Assembly: GCA_019424905.1 (NCBI GenBank)
Contig: JAHYYP010000001.1
Location: 26,614 to 90,613, forward strand
Length of the DNA stretch: 64,000 nt
Source of the DNA: Collinsella sp.
GTDB lineage: Bacteria; Actinomycetota; Coriobacteriia; Coriobacteriales; Coriobacteriaceae
Direction of reading: 5' to 3'
Positions 1 through 10,975 of the stretch are shown piece after piece (position 1 is the stretch's first letter; each line of letters starts with the position of its first letter). A program made the translations under genes and the position numbers. The notes below the pieces were generated by a model. The model was not told where the DNA came from. It made no database searches and was given only the letters and a program-made list of their open reading frames with translations.

Positions 1-211
1 AAACAAGTGAGTCCAGAATATGAAGGACGGCTGCATCATCAACATTCAGGATGCGCGTTAGATTAGTAGTCTTATTGGCCTCCAGAACAAGATCAAGATG
101 CTGGATACAGACACGAAGGCTCTCGTCGGAGACCTTCAAAGAATAGTCTTTGCGATACGAAATAAGACGGCCCAGCATTTGGCTTGCCTGCTCATCAGTT
201 AAAACAAACAA
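1..211 (-). CDS. rsmG: 16S rRNA m7G527 methyltransferase RsmG/GidB, 5' part (runs off window start)
   Basis: Manual minus-strand translation MFVLTDEQASQ...ANKTTNLTRILNVDDAAVLHILDSLV matches the RsmG N..NLT.I...H.LDSL motif; AGAAAGGAG RBS before TTG; canonical position after jag. Confidence 0.85.
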   Translation of the reverse strand, partial: MFVLTDEQASQMLGRLISYRKDYSLKVSDESLRVCIQHLDLVLEANKTTNLTRILNVDDAAVLHILDSLV

Positions 212-256
212 GACGACTCCTTTCTGACAAAAATCAGTGTATCGAGAACTTTTGAC

Positions 257-288
257 AAAAAAAGGGGACGTGGAAACCACGTCCCCTT
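257..288 (-). terminator. Rho-independent terminator after jag
   Basis: GGGGACGTGG-aaa-CCACGTCCCC stem followed by T7 on the minus strand. Confidence 0.75.
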
Positions 289-306
289 AGCATAGACTCG
301 AGAAGA

Positions 307-876
307 TTATCGAGCAACAATCACAACATGGCGATCGGGGTCAGAGCCCTCAGAATGCGTGTCGACAGCATCGTTACCACGAAGGGCAATATGAACCAGT
401 CGACGTTCGTAGGCATTCATAGGCGGCAAGGAAACACTTTTATGAGTGCGAATAGCGCGCTCGGCAGCGGACTGGGCCATAGAAGCAACCTTGTCCTGTC
501 GACGGCTCTTATAACCTTCGACGTCGACGACGACCGGATACCTAAAGCCAAGCTTGCGACTCACCAACAGGGAGAACATAACTTGAAGAGCATCGAGGGT
601 ACGTCCATGGCGGCCAATGAGAACAGCAAGATCAGGAGCAGTTACGTCCAGGATCAACTCGCCCTCGTCACCCTCATACTCATCGATGGGTGAGTTCGCC
701 GCATCGAAGTGCGAAAGGATGGAACGCAGAATGGAAATAGCCACATCGGCAATGGTGTCGAGCTCCTCATCGGTCAGCTCTTCACCAGCCTTGTAACGCT
801 GTGCAATCTCGGGATAATCGCCCGCGACCCGCGGGGCAACCTCCTCAAGCATATCCTCGACGATCTCTTCAGACAT
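307..876 (-). CDS. jag: Jag/KhpB/EloR RNA-binding protein (KH + R3H)
   Basis: LIGRHGRTLDALQ KH motif and PMNAYERRLVH R3H motif; synteny with yidC. Confidence 0.9.
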   Translation of the reverse strand: MSEEIVEDMLEEVAPRVAGDYPEIAQRYKAGEELTDEELDTIADVAISILRSILSHFDAANSPIDEYEGDEGELILDVTAPDLAVLIGRHGRTLDALQVMFSLLVSRKLGFRYPVVVDVEGYKSRRQDKVASMAQSAAERAIRTHKSVSLPPMNAYERRLVHIALRGNDAVDTHSEGSDPDRHVVIVAR

Positions 877-920
877 AACGAACTCCAAAAGTTAGGTACC
901 TAAATAAGAATACTATCCCA

Positions 921-1691
921 CTACTTCTTCTTGTGCGGGCGCGGCTTCTTCTCGCGACGAGTAACCTCGACCTGCAGCGGAGCGTTCTTAAGACGCTCTT
1001 CCTCATCGGCCTTGGCCTTATCGATAACCTTCTGCGTCACGAAGATCTGCTGGACAACCTGCCAGGCGGAAGACACGTCGTAGTACAGCAGAACGCCGAC
1101 GGGCAGGCTCCAACCCATCCAAAGCATCATGACGGTCATGACAACGGCCATCATGCGCATGCTCTGGGCCTGCTGACCAGTCTGATTGCGTGACATATAC
1201 AGCTGCGGAATCAGGGTCAAGACAGCGAACAGAATCAGGCAAACCAGCGCAGGCAGCGCAACCATAAAGCCATCGGCAAAGGAAGCGCTCGGCGTGGTGG
1301 TAAGGTCAGGCAGGATATTGAAGAACGAGAACGTGCCGTCGCTAAAGTAGTTCGGCAGGTTACGCAGCAGCGTAAACAGGGCGAACAGGACAGGCATCTG
1401 GATTAACAGCGGCAGACAACCAGCCATGGGGTTGAACTTGTTCTCGCTGTAGAACTTCTGCATCTCCTCGGCCTGACGCTGGGGATCGTCGGCATAGCGC
1501 TCCTGGATCTCGAGCATCTTGGGCTGCAGCACCTGCATGCGAGCCGTCGACTTGGTCGACTTGAGCATAAGCGGCGTCAGCAGCAGACGGATGATGACCA
1601 CCAGGATGATGATGGACAGGCCCCAGTCGACCGCAAAGGTCTGGATGAGCTTGAGCAGCTCGAAAAGGATGTTAACGATCCAATCCCACAT
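921..1691 (-). CDS. yidC: Membrane protein insertase YidC
   Basis: WGLSIIILVVIIRLLLTPL, NPMAGCLPLLIQMP, QVVQQ motifs. Confidence 0.95.
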   Translation of the reverse strand: MWDWIVNILFELLKLIQTFAVDWGLSIIILVVIIRLLLTPLMLKSTKSTARMQVLQPKMLEIQERYADDPQRQAEEMQKFYSENKFNPMAGCLPLLIQMPVLFALFTLLRNLPNYFSDGTFSFFNILPDLTTTPSASFADGFMVALPALVCLILFAVLTLIPQLYMSRNQTGQQAQSMRMMAVVMTVMMLWMGWSLPVGVLLYYDVSSAWQVVQQIFVTQKVIDKAKADEEERLKNAPLQVEVTRREKKPRPHKKK

Positions 1692-1720
1692 GTAAGTTTT
1701 CCTCCGATAGCGAGTGCCCG

Positions 1721-1945
1721 CTAGGGCACAGGGTCATAACCGCCGACGTGCAGGGGATTGCAGCGAGCGATGCGCCTCACGGCAAGCCAGCAGCCTCTCA
1801 AAACACCGTACTTCTCAATCGCCTGAACGGCATATTGCGAGCACGTTGGGTAATAAATGCAGGCGTCAGGCAATAAGGGCGAAATAACCTGTTGATATAT
1901 GCGAATAGGAGCGATGGCAACACGTCGCAAAACGTGATTGCTCAT
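1721..1945 (-). CDS. yidD: Membrane protein insertion efficiency factor YidD
   Basis: YQQVISP...C.Y.PTCSQYA...RC.P...GGYDPVP. Confidence 0.95.
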   Translation of the reverse strand: MSNHVLRRVAIAPIRIYQQVISPLLPDACIYYPTCSQYAVQAIEKYGVLRGCWLAVRRIARCNPLHVGGYDPVP

Positions 1946-2280
1946 CGCTCCTCCCCGGCAACGCCGGCGCGTTTCATAAGCGAACGCAATGCCTTGTCCA
2001 TCTCCTGAGGCGAAGAGATCCTCGTCTTGGGAGTAGCGAACAAGATGATGTCATAACCCGCAACGGGAAATCCGCAGCTGCGGGCGGCCTCGCGCATCAC
2101 ACGCTTAGAACGGTTGCGCACGACTGCGCAACCGAGCCGTTTAGCACCAACGAAGGCGACCCTTCCGGAGTCGCCTTCGCCAACCGATTCACATATGGTC
2201 ATTCGAATCAGAGGGTGATTGAAACGACGCCCCTGACTGAACACATGCTCGAAATCTTGCCGAGACTTAATAGTCTTCAT
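1942..2280 (-). CDS. rnpA: Ribonuclease P protein component
   Basis: K+LG.AVVRNRSKRVMRE RNR motif; between rpmH and yidD. Confidence 0.93.
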   Translation of the reverse strand: MKTIKSRQDFEHVFSQGRRFNHPLIRMTICESVGEGDSGRVAFVGAKRLGCAVVRNRSKRVMREAARSCGFPVAGYDIILFATPKTRISSPQEMDKALRSLMKRAGVAGEER

Positions 2281-2300
2281 GCGAGATGTGTGTATCGCTG

Positions 2301-2435
2301 CTAGACAGTGAGACGCTTGCGGCCCTTGGCGCGGCGACGGGCGAGCACGGCACGACCACCCTTGGTGGCCATACGGGCACGGAAGCCATGGGTCTTGGCA
2401 CGCTTACGCTTATTAGGCTGATACGTACGCTTCAT
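2301..2435 (-). CDS. rpmH: 50S ribosomal protein L34
   Basis: [28 protein letters not shown]. Confidence 0.98.
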   Translation of the reverse strand: MKRTYQPNKRKRAKTHGFRARMATKGGRAVLARRRAKGRKRLTV

Positions 2436-2599
2436 CTTAAGTTCCTCCTGCTGCATTTCGAGTGTCCGCGGGAGCGCGGACGCAGATATAGACACGTGAG
2501 CTTGAAGATTGTAGGGAAATCAATGTTCAAATGTCAAGAAATCAAAGGTAAAAGGTCGCGCAGTTCACACGGTTCCCCCATAAGCTCAACCGAAATTTG

Positions 2600-2770
2600 C
2601 GCCGCATTACAACTTTTCACGATATTTCATCGAGTTTTCGACAGGTCATGTTGGCAATGTTGAGAACTTTTCGCCTGTTTTCCAAAGTTTTCAACAGGTT
2701 TTGAAAAGTTGTCGAAAGATGAGAAACATTGCACGGTGAGCTACTATTTGTTCGAAACCTTTTGAAAGAT
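2600..2770. promoter_or_regulatory. Upstream DnaA-box cluster / promoter region (oriC sub-region)
   Basis: AT-rich intergenic region with 9-mers TTTTCGACA (2635), TGTTGAGAA (2658), TTTTCCAAA (2678), TTTTCAACA (2688), TGTCGAAAG (2710). Confidence 0.6.
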
Positions 2771-2780
2771 TGCGAGCGGC

Positions 2781-4109
2781 ATGTCTGACGACTTTTACAC
2801 CATGGTCGATTCCGGAGACCCGGCACCCGACAACGAGCACATCACCGGCGTGCGCGAAAAGCGTGGCGAGGAAGAGCAGGCCGCTGCGAAAACGCAGGCT
2901 GCCATGTATGCCGCACGCATCGCGGTCTATGACGACATGCTGTCGACGCCGCGCGTCATCGTCATCGAACCTAAGGACGTGCGCACCTATCTGGAAGAGA
3001 CAACCAACACCGTCTACCAGTGCATGAAAGAACAGGGCGGGCACATCTCGCTCATGGTTATCCGCGAGATTGTCGAAAACTTTATCCACGCCCACTTTGC
3101 AGAGCCCATCATCTCGATCCTAGACGGCGGCGACACCATCCGATTCGCAGACCAGGGACCGGGGATCGACGACAAGGAGCGCGCGTTCGACTTTGGCGTT
3201 ACCAGCGCAAACAGCAACATGAAACGATACATCCGCGGAACCGGAGCCGGGTTTCCCATGGTGCAGGAGTACCTGGAAAACGCCGGCGGCGCTGTATCCA
3301 TCGAGGACAACATGGGCAACGGCACCGTGGTCACGGTAAGCCTGAATCCCAAGCGCGTACAGGAAATCGAGCGCGCCGGAGGGCGAGGGGCCGCCGTGCG
3401 CCCCGAGACGGAGCAGCCGGCGTATCCCCTATCCAGCACGTTTGCACAGCAGCCCGTGGCGCAGCAGATGCAGCAGCCTGGAAGTTTTCCCATGCAAGAC
3501 CCCCAGACACCGCTGGGCAACCCAGTGCAAAACATGCCGGAGGGGATAGGCTCGGCAGATCCGGACACAGGCGCCGTGCAGCAGACGGCGGCCATGCCAA
3601 ACGTCGCGCAAATGGGCTACCAACCGTACCCACAAGGGTATCCTCCCCAATATATGCCGCAGCAGGGATATGCCCAGCCGTATCCACAGCAGTATCCTCA
3701 GCCGTACCAGCAGCCGTATCAGCAGATGCCGCAGGGAAACCTCAACCCCTGGACTCAGCAGATGCCGCCGCAGCCTTACCAACAGTGGCCGCAAAGTTTT
3801 CAACAGCAGATGCCGCCCATGCAGAGTTCTCAACAACCAGCAGCTCAAATGATGTATCCTAATGCGGCGAATCAATACGCACAACCGCAGTCGGACGTGT
3901 TTATAAGCGAACGCGGCAACGCTGCATTAGGGTATCTGGCCCAACATCAAGAGTGCGGCGCGACGGACTTGGCGCGGGCGTTTGGAAACTCTGCACCCAC
4001 CTGGTCGCGCACGCTCAACGATTTGGCGCAGACGGGCTTGATAGTCAAACATGGGCAGAAATACCATCTGACCGAAATCGGAAGCGCTCGCGTGCGGGCC
4101 CAAGCTTAA
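2781..4109 (+). CDS. GHKL/HATPase_c ATP-binding protein with Gln/Pro/Tyr-rich linker and C-terminal winged HTH
   Basis: N box EIVENFIHA, G1 DQGPGI, F box AFDFG, G2 GTGAGF, GTVV; C-terminal GATDLARAFG..APTWSRTLNDLAQTGLI...KYHLT. Confidence 0.8.
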   Translation: MSDDFYTMVDSGDPAPDNEHITGVREKRGEEEQAAAKTQAAMYAARIAVYDDMLSTPRVIVIEPKDVRTYLEETTNTVYQCMKEQGGHISLMVIREIVENFIHAHFAEPIISILDGGDTIRFADQGPGIDDKERAFDFGVTSANSNMKRYIRGTGAGFPMVQEYLENAGGAVSIEDNMGNGTVVTVSLNPKRVQEIERAGGRGAAVRPETEQPAYPLSSTFAQQPVAQQMQQPGSFPMQDPQTPLGNPVQNMPEGIGSADPDTGAVQQTAAMPNVAQMGYQPYPQGYPPQYMPQQGYAQPYPQQYPQPYQQPYQQMPQGNLNPWTQQMPPQPYQQWPQSFQQQMPPMQSSQQPAAQMMYPNAANQYAQPQSDVFISERGNAALGYLAQHQECGATDLARAFGNSAPTWSRTLNDLAQTGLIVKHGQKYHLTEIGSARVRAQA

Positions 4110-4124
4110 GGAACGGGAGAGACA

Positions 4125-5831
4125 GTGGACGAGGAAGCAAGCATCATCCTGGGGGATGCCATCGCCTTTTGTCAGCGCGACGGCCAAGATGCGCGCCTCA
4201 TCAACATGCTGGGGCAATCGCGTGCTGTGAGCCTGACCGAGGACACCTTGACGATTGAGGCCCCCTCACGATTTGCCATCGCTCAGCTCAAAAAGCATCA
4301 GCCGACCATCGAGGCGTACCTGGAAGAGATCGCCTTTGCACCGATTGCGCTCAACATCGTGGCACCACAGGGCTCCGCGGCAGATAACGCCGCACCCGCG
4401 GCACCCGTCGTTCCCCCGGCGGCGCCAGCTACCACCACAGTGTCGGCTCCCGAGCATCAAATCGGCGATGTTTCCCGTGAAACCATGCCCACCGTCTCGA
4501 CGCCGGCGGTCCCCATGTCCGCTGCCACGCACATGCCTATCGCGCACGACGCAACACCGGGCGAGGATTCGGGCATCGCAATCAAAAACACGCTTTCGGC
4601 CGACGATTTCCGCCGCATGATGAACCAGATGAAAGGCGAGGCGCCTGCAAAGAGTGCAAAACCAGCCTCCACATCGCCCATGAGCGTCCCCGCAGCTGCG
4701 GCACCGATCGAGCAGAACACCGACGGCGCGCCGCTCGCGGCCAACTCGAAATTCACCTTCGAAAACTTTGTCTACGGCCCAGAAAACAGCCATGCCTATC
4801 GCTCAGCCCTCAAGTTTGCCGCGCTCGCGGACGAACGCGGCACATGCACATCCCTGTTCATCTATGGCAAATCGGGGCTGGGCAAGACCCATCTGCTGCT
4901 CGCCATCAAAAACGAGCTCGCCGAAAAGTCGCCCGAGATCAAGGTAAAGTACGCCAACTCACAGGCGTACCTCGATGACCTGATGACGGAGTTCGACCGC
5001 CAAAAGAAGAGCAACGCCCCCATCATGCAGGCATACCACGACGTGGACGTGCTCATCATCGACGACATTCAAAACATCATCGGCAAGCGCGCGAGCGTGG
5101 ACTACTTCTTCCAGCTCATGGACGAGTTTATCCGCAACAACAAAAAAGTCGTCATCGCAGCCGACCGTGCGCCCAAAGACCTGAGCATGGACGAGCGCCT
5201 TACCAGCCGTTTTAATGCCGGTATGCTCTGTTTGGTGGCGGAGCCCAGCTACGAGATGAAATACAAGATCTTGCAGCGCTACTACGAGAACACGATAGCC
5301 GCCGCACCCGAGGCGGGTGACGACTCGCTGCTGGCGGCCTATGGCGGCGATGGTGGGCATCTGACCGACGAGCACTTTAAGCACATGGCAGAAGTCTCGG
5401 GAACCAACATCCGCGAACTCGAGAGCTTCTGCGAACGCTGCGCCGGCGAGGCAGGAGACCGCGAACGCGAGGGCAGCGAGCTCAGTTTCGACGACATCGA
5501 CGCCATCGCAAGCCAGTACTTCGATACGTCGGCCAAAAAGATCAACGTGCAGACGGTCCAGTCTGTCATTGAAGAGCAGTACGGCGTGACGCACGAGGAA
5601 CTCATCGGCCCGCGCCGCAACGCCAACATAGCCAAAGCCCGCCATATCGCCATATATCTGGCCATCGAGATGTGCGAGATGACGACTACGGCGGTGGGCG
5701 CGGAGTTTGGCAACCGCAACCACTCAACCGTCAGTACGAGCTATAAAAAGGTTCAGAAGATGATTCAGGAAGACCGCACCATAACCGAGGATCTCAAATC
5801 GCTGCGAGATAAAATTACACTGCGCTCGTAG
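4125..5831 (+). CDS. dnaA: Chromosomal replication initiator DnaA
   Basis: FTFENFV, Walker A GKSGLGKTHL, Walker B IIDD, RLTSRF, NIRELE, domain IV RNHSTV. Confidence 0.97.
   Translation: MDEEASIILGDAIAFCQRDGQDARLINMLGQSRAVSLTEDTLTIEAPSRFAIAQLKKHQPTIEAYLEEIAFAPIALNIVAPQGSAADNAAPAAPVVPPAAPATTTVSAPEHQIGDVSRETMPTVSTPAVPMSAATHMPIAHDATPGEDSGIAIKNTLSADDFRRMMNQMKGEAPAKSAKPASTSPMSVPAAAAPIEQNTDGAPLAANSKFTFENFVYGPENSHAYRSALKFAALADERGTCTSLFIYGKSGLGKTHLLLAIKNELAEKSPEIKVKYANSQAYLDDLMTEFDRQKKSNAPIMQAYHDVDVLIIDDIQNIIGKRASVDYFFQLMDEFIRNNKKVVIAADRAPKDLSMDERLTSRFNAGMLCLVAEPSYEMKYKILQRYYENTIAAAPEAGDDSLLAAYGGDGGHLTDEHFKHMAEVSGTNIRELESFCERCAGEAGDREREGSELSFDDIDAIASQYFDTSAKKINVQTVQSVIEEQYGVTHEELIGPRRNANIAKARHIAIYLAIEMCEMTTTAVGAEFGNRNHSTVSTSYKKVQKMIQEDRTITEDLKSLRDKITLRS
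4469..4484. promoter_or_regulatory. parS-like centromere site inside dnaA
   Basis: TGTTTCCCGTGAAACC, 14/16 match to the TGTTTCACGTGAAACA consensus. Confidence 0.65.
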
Positions 5832-6069
5832 GGAAATAGAGACACCTGTTGAAAACTTGTCGAAACGCCGGGCATAACATGTCTAAAACTCGCCACAAGG
5901 CGATGAAAAGTTTTCCGCAGGTTTTGAACGTGGAAAACACGGTCGGTTGCGCACAGGGCGCTGTCGATTCTCTTTTTGGGGTTGACCAGCGCTTTTGGGA
6001 GTAATCAACAGTTTCGTCAGTGCTATTACTATTATTAAGATATTTATATCTATAGAAAGGTATTAAAAG
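5832..6069. other. oriC (dnaA-dnaN interval) with DnaA boxes, DnaA-trios and AT-rich unwinding element
   Basis: TGTTGAAAA (5847), TGTCGAAAC (5858), TGTCTAAAA (5880), TTTTCCGCA (5911), CGTGGAAAA (5929), TAATCAACA (6002); CTATTACTATTATTA at 6023-6037 followed by an AT-rich tract. Confidence 0.85.
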
Positions 6070-7173
6070 ATGAAGTTCACCGTCAGCCAAAGCTCGCTCA
6101 CGCAAGCCATCGGCGTCGTTATGAAAGGCGTCGCTTCGGCATCTACCCTTCCCATCCTGTCGGGCGTGCTCGTTAAGGCGCAGGACGGCATCTTGGAATT
6201 CCAAACCTCTAACTACACCATCTCGATTCGTCATCGCATTGCCGCGCATGTCGAAGAAGAGGGCGAGATGGTGATTCCCTGCAAGATGCTCTCGAACATT
6301 ACGAAGACCCTTCCCGACGCCCCGGTTACCTTTGAGCTCTCGGAGCGTCAGGTGCTGATCGGATGCGAGAAGAGCTCCTTCCGCCTCAACACGCTCGACG
6401 CCAACGATTTCCCCGAGTTCCCCGCCTATGCCATCGAAAGTGCGGTGGAGCTCCCGACCGATATCCTGTCCGAGATGGTCGGCCGCGTGTGGCGCGTCAC
6501 TTCGACCGATAAGGCCCGCCCCATCCTGGGAGGCGTGCACATGAAGGTCGAGAACAACACCGTGCGCCTGGTGGCAACCGACTCCTTCCGTCTGGCTGTA
6601 TGCGACACCCAGGTCGAGACCTCGACGCTCGAGGGGTCCTTTGAGCTCAACGTTCCGGCCGACGCCTTCAACGACGCCCTGAGCATCATGGCCAGCCAGG
6701 CGACCATCATGATCGGCGCCGCGGACACCCAGGTTGTCTTTGAGGCCGGCAACACCACCTACGTGTCGCGCCGTATCGAGGGCGTGTACCCCAACTACAA
6801 GCAGCTCATCCCCGATTCGTGCGTGACGAGCGTCAAGATCGACGTGGCGGCTTTTAATGCCGCCCTCAAGCGCGTGGCGGTCATCGCGAGCGCGAACCCC
6901 GCAGTCAAGTTCGAGATCGATGTCGAGAACGGCCAGATGGGCCTGTCCTCCATCTCCAATGACCAGGATCTGGCGCAGGAGACAATCGATGTCGAGGCCG
7001 AGGGCGAGTCGGGCACCATCGCCTTTAACTACCACTACATCTTTGGCTGCCTCAATGCCCTATCCAAGGAGAAGGAGATCACGCTGGAGCTCAAGAGCTA
7101 CTCGCAGGCGGGTATCTTTAAGTCCTACGACAAGATCAACTATCTGTACCTGGTCATGCCGGTTCGCATCTAG
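6070..7173 (+). CDS. dnaN: DNA polymerase III beta clamp
   Basis: PILSGV, ATDSFRLA, G.YPNY, YLVMPVR; 367 aa. Confidence 0.97.
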   Translation: MKFTVSQSSLTQAIGVVMKGVASASTLPILSGVLVKAQDGILEFQTSNYTISIRHRIAAHVEEEGEMVIPCKMLSNITKTLPDAPVTFELSERQVLIGCEKSSFRLNTLDANDFPEFPAYAIESAVELPTDILSEMVGRVWRVTSTDKARPILGGVHMKVENNTVRLVATDSFRLAVCDTQVETSTLEGSFELNVPADAFNDALSIMASQATIMIGAADTQVVFEAGNTTYVSRRIEGVYPNYKQLIPDSCVTSVKIDVAAFNAALKRVAVIASANPAVKFEIDVENGQMGLSSISNDQDLAQETIDVEAEGESGTIAFNYHYIFGCLNALSKEKEITLELKSYSQAGIFKSYDKINYLYLVMPVRI

Positions 7174-7182
7174 CGCTGCGCC

Positions 7183-8289
7183 ATGACCATGTTTGCCCGC
7201 AACCTTTCCGTCGCGCGCTACCGCAGTTTCGATAGCTACCGTCTTGACCTGGACGAAGGCGTGACGGTGCTTGCGGGACCCAACGCGGCGGGAAAGACCA
7301 ACCTTATAGAGGCGCTGCAGCTTTTGACGAGCGGCGCCTCGTTTAGGCATCCCACCGCTACCGAGCTCGTGCACGACGGCACGGGCTCGTGCAGGCTCGA
7401 GTTGAGACTCGAGGGCGATGGCCGCGTGCTCGATATGGGGCTGGGCGTTGAGGACGGCAAGCGCTCGTTTAGCCGTAACGGCAAGAGATGTTCGGCCGCC
7501 GGCGTGCGCGGGGTTTTGCCGAGCGTGCTTTTTTGCCCCGATCATCTGGATATGGTCAAACGCGGTGCCAGCGTGCGTCGGGCCGCCCTCGACGACTTTG
7601 GCGTGCAACTGAGCGCCCGTTACGCCGACCTGGCGAGCACCTACGGGCGTTGCGTGACGCAGCGCAACGCCCTGCTCAAGGAGTCCTGGTGCTGCCGCGA
7701 GATGCTCGGCGCATGGAATGACTCCATCGCTCGCGCCGGGTCCGCCCTGCTCGTGCATCGTTTGGCCCTGCTCGACCGACTGGCGGGCCATGTGCGCGCC
7801 GCGTATGGGCAGGTGGCGTCCGGTGAGGACGCAGGCGTGTCCTATGTGTCCACACTGGGGGATTTGCCTCAAACCGAGGGGCGCGAGGAACTTAAGGGCT
7901 GGGCGTACGAGCATATGCTCGCGGCCCTCGATGAGCGTGCCGATGAGGAGATGCGCCGCGGCGTGACGCTTGTGGGTCCGCATCGCGACGAGATTGAGTT
8001 TACCGTTGCGGGTCGATCTGCCCGTTCGTTTGCCAGCCAAGGGCAGCAGCGAACGCTGGTGCTTGCCTGGAAGGTGGCAGAAGTGGCCGTGGCGCGCGAT
8101 ATCCTGGGCACCGCGCCACTGCTGCTTTTGGACGACGTGATGAGCGAGCTCGATGCCGGGCGCCGAGGCGCTTTTCTGCAGCTGATCGGTGATGACATCC
8201 AGACGGTCATAACCACCACCAACTTGGGGTACTTTACTGATGACCTGCTTGAACGAGCCAAGGTGGTGAGCATGGGTGAGGCGTGCTAA
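7183..8289 (+). CDS. recF: DNA replication/repair protein RecF
   Basis: GPNAAGKTN, GPHRD, SQGQQR, LLLDDVMSELD. Confidence 0.96.
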   Translation: MTMFARNLSVARYRSFDSYRLDLDEGVTVLAGPNAAGKTNLIEALQLLTSGASFRHPTATELVHDGTGSCRLELRLEGDGRVLDMGLGVEDGKRSFSRNGKRCSAAGVRGVLPSVLFCPDHLDMVKRGASVRRAALDDFGVQLSARYADLASTYGRCVTQRNALLKESWCCREMLGAWNDSIARAGSALLVHRLALLDRLAGHVRAAYGQVASGEDAGVSYVSTLGDLPQTEGREELKGWAYEHMLAALDERADEEMRRGVTLVGPHRDEIEFTVAGRSARSFASQGQQRTLVLAWKVAEVAVARDILGTAPLLLLDDVMSELDAGRRGAFLQLIGDDIQTVITTTNLGYFTDDLLERAKVVSMGEAC

Positions 8290-8839
8290 TTACGAGCGCG
8301 AGAACGGAACGGTTGCCTTTGGCGGCTTTTTGGATGCCGAGCGTCAGCGCATCCTGGCGGCCGCGACACCTGAGCGCCGCGCGCAAATGGAGGCTGCCGA
8401 GGAGTCGCGCGCGGTCTATCGTGCCTGGAATGCGGTGTGCTCGGGCACGCGCGAGGGACGCCACGTGACGGGCCTGCGCTACCTGCCCGAGTCCAATGAG
8501 CTGCTGGTGTATCTCGATTCGCCCTCGTGGACGCAGGAGATGACGCTGCTGCGCGAGATCATCCGGGCGCGCATGGAGCGGGCCGGCGCGCATGTGGACG
8601 GCCTGGTGTTCAAAACGACCGCGCCCGGTCACACGCCGCCGGCTGCCAAGGAGCGCCTGCGCCCGGCCGTGACCGAGCGACCGCCGGTTCCGCACGCCGA
8701 TCTAAGCGAAGCCGAACGCGGCGAGATCGAGCGCCAAGTGGCGCCCATCGAAGACCAAAAACTGCGCGAGGCCCTCGAGAATGCCATGAGAGCCAGTGCC
8801 GAGTGGGCCAAGGGCGTGCAAAGCGAGAAAGAGCCTTAA
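8276..8839 (+). CDS. DciA/DUF721 family protein
   Basis: Lies between recF and gyrB; W..V......L.V..DSPSW.QE+ pattern. Confidence 0.65.
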   Translation: MRRANYERENGTVAFGGFLDAERQRILAAATPERRAQMEAAEESRAVYRAWNAVCSGTREGRHVTGLRYLPESNELLVYLDSPSWTQEMTLLREIIRARMERAGAHVDGLVFKTTAPGHTPPAAKERLRPAVTERPPVPHADLSEAERGEIERQVAPIEDQKLREALENAMRASAEWAKGVQSEKEP

Positions 8840-8902
8840 ATCGCATCTGGTGGCCTTGTAGAGCCAAATACCCTCGCTCCCGAGGGTATTTTTTTACGAT
8901 AA

Positions 8903-10975
<2,073 letters not shown>

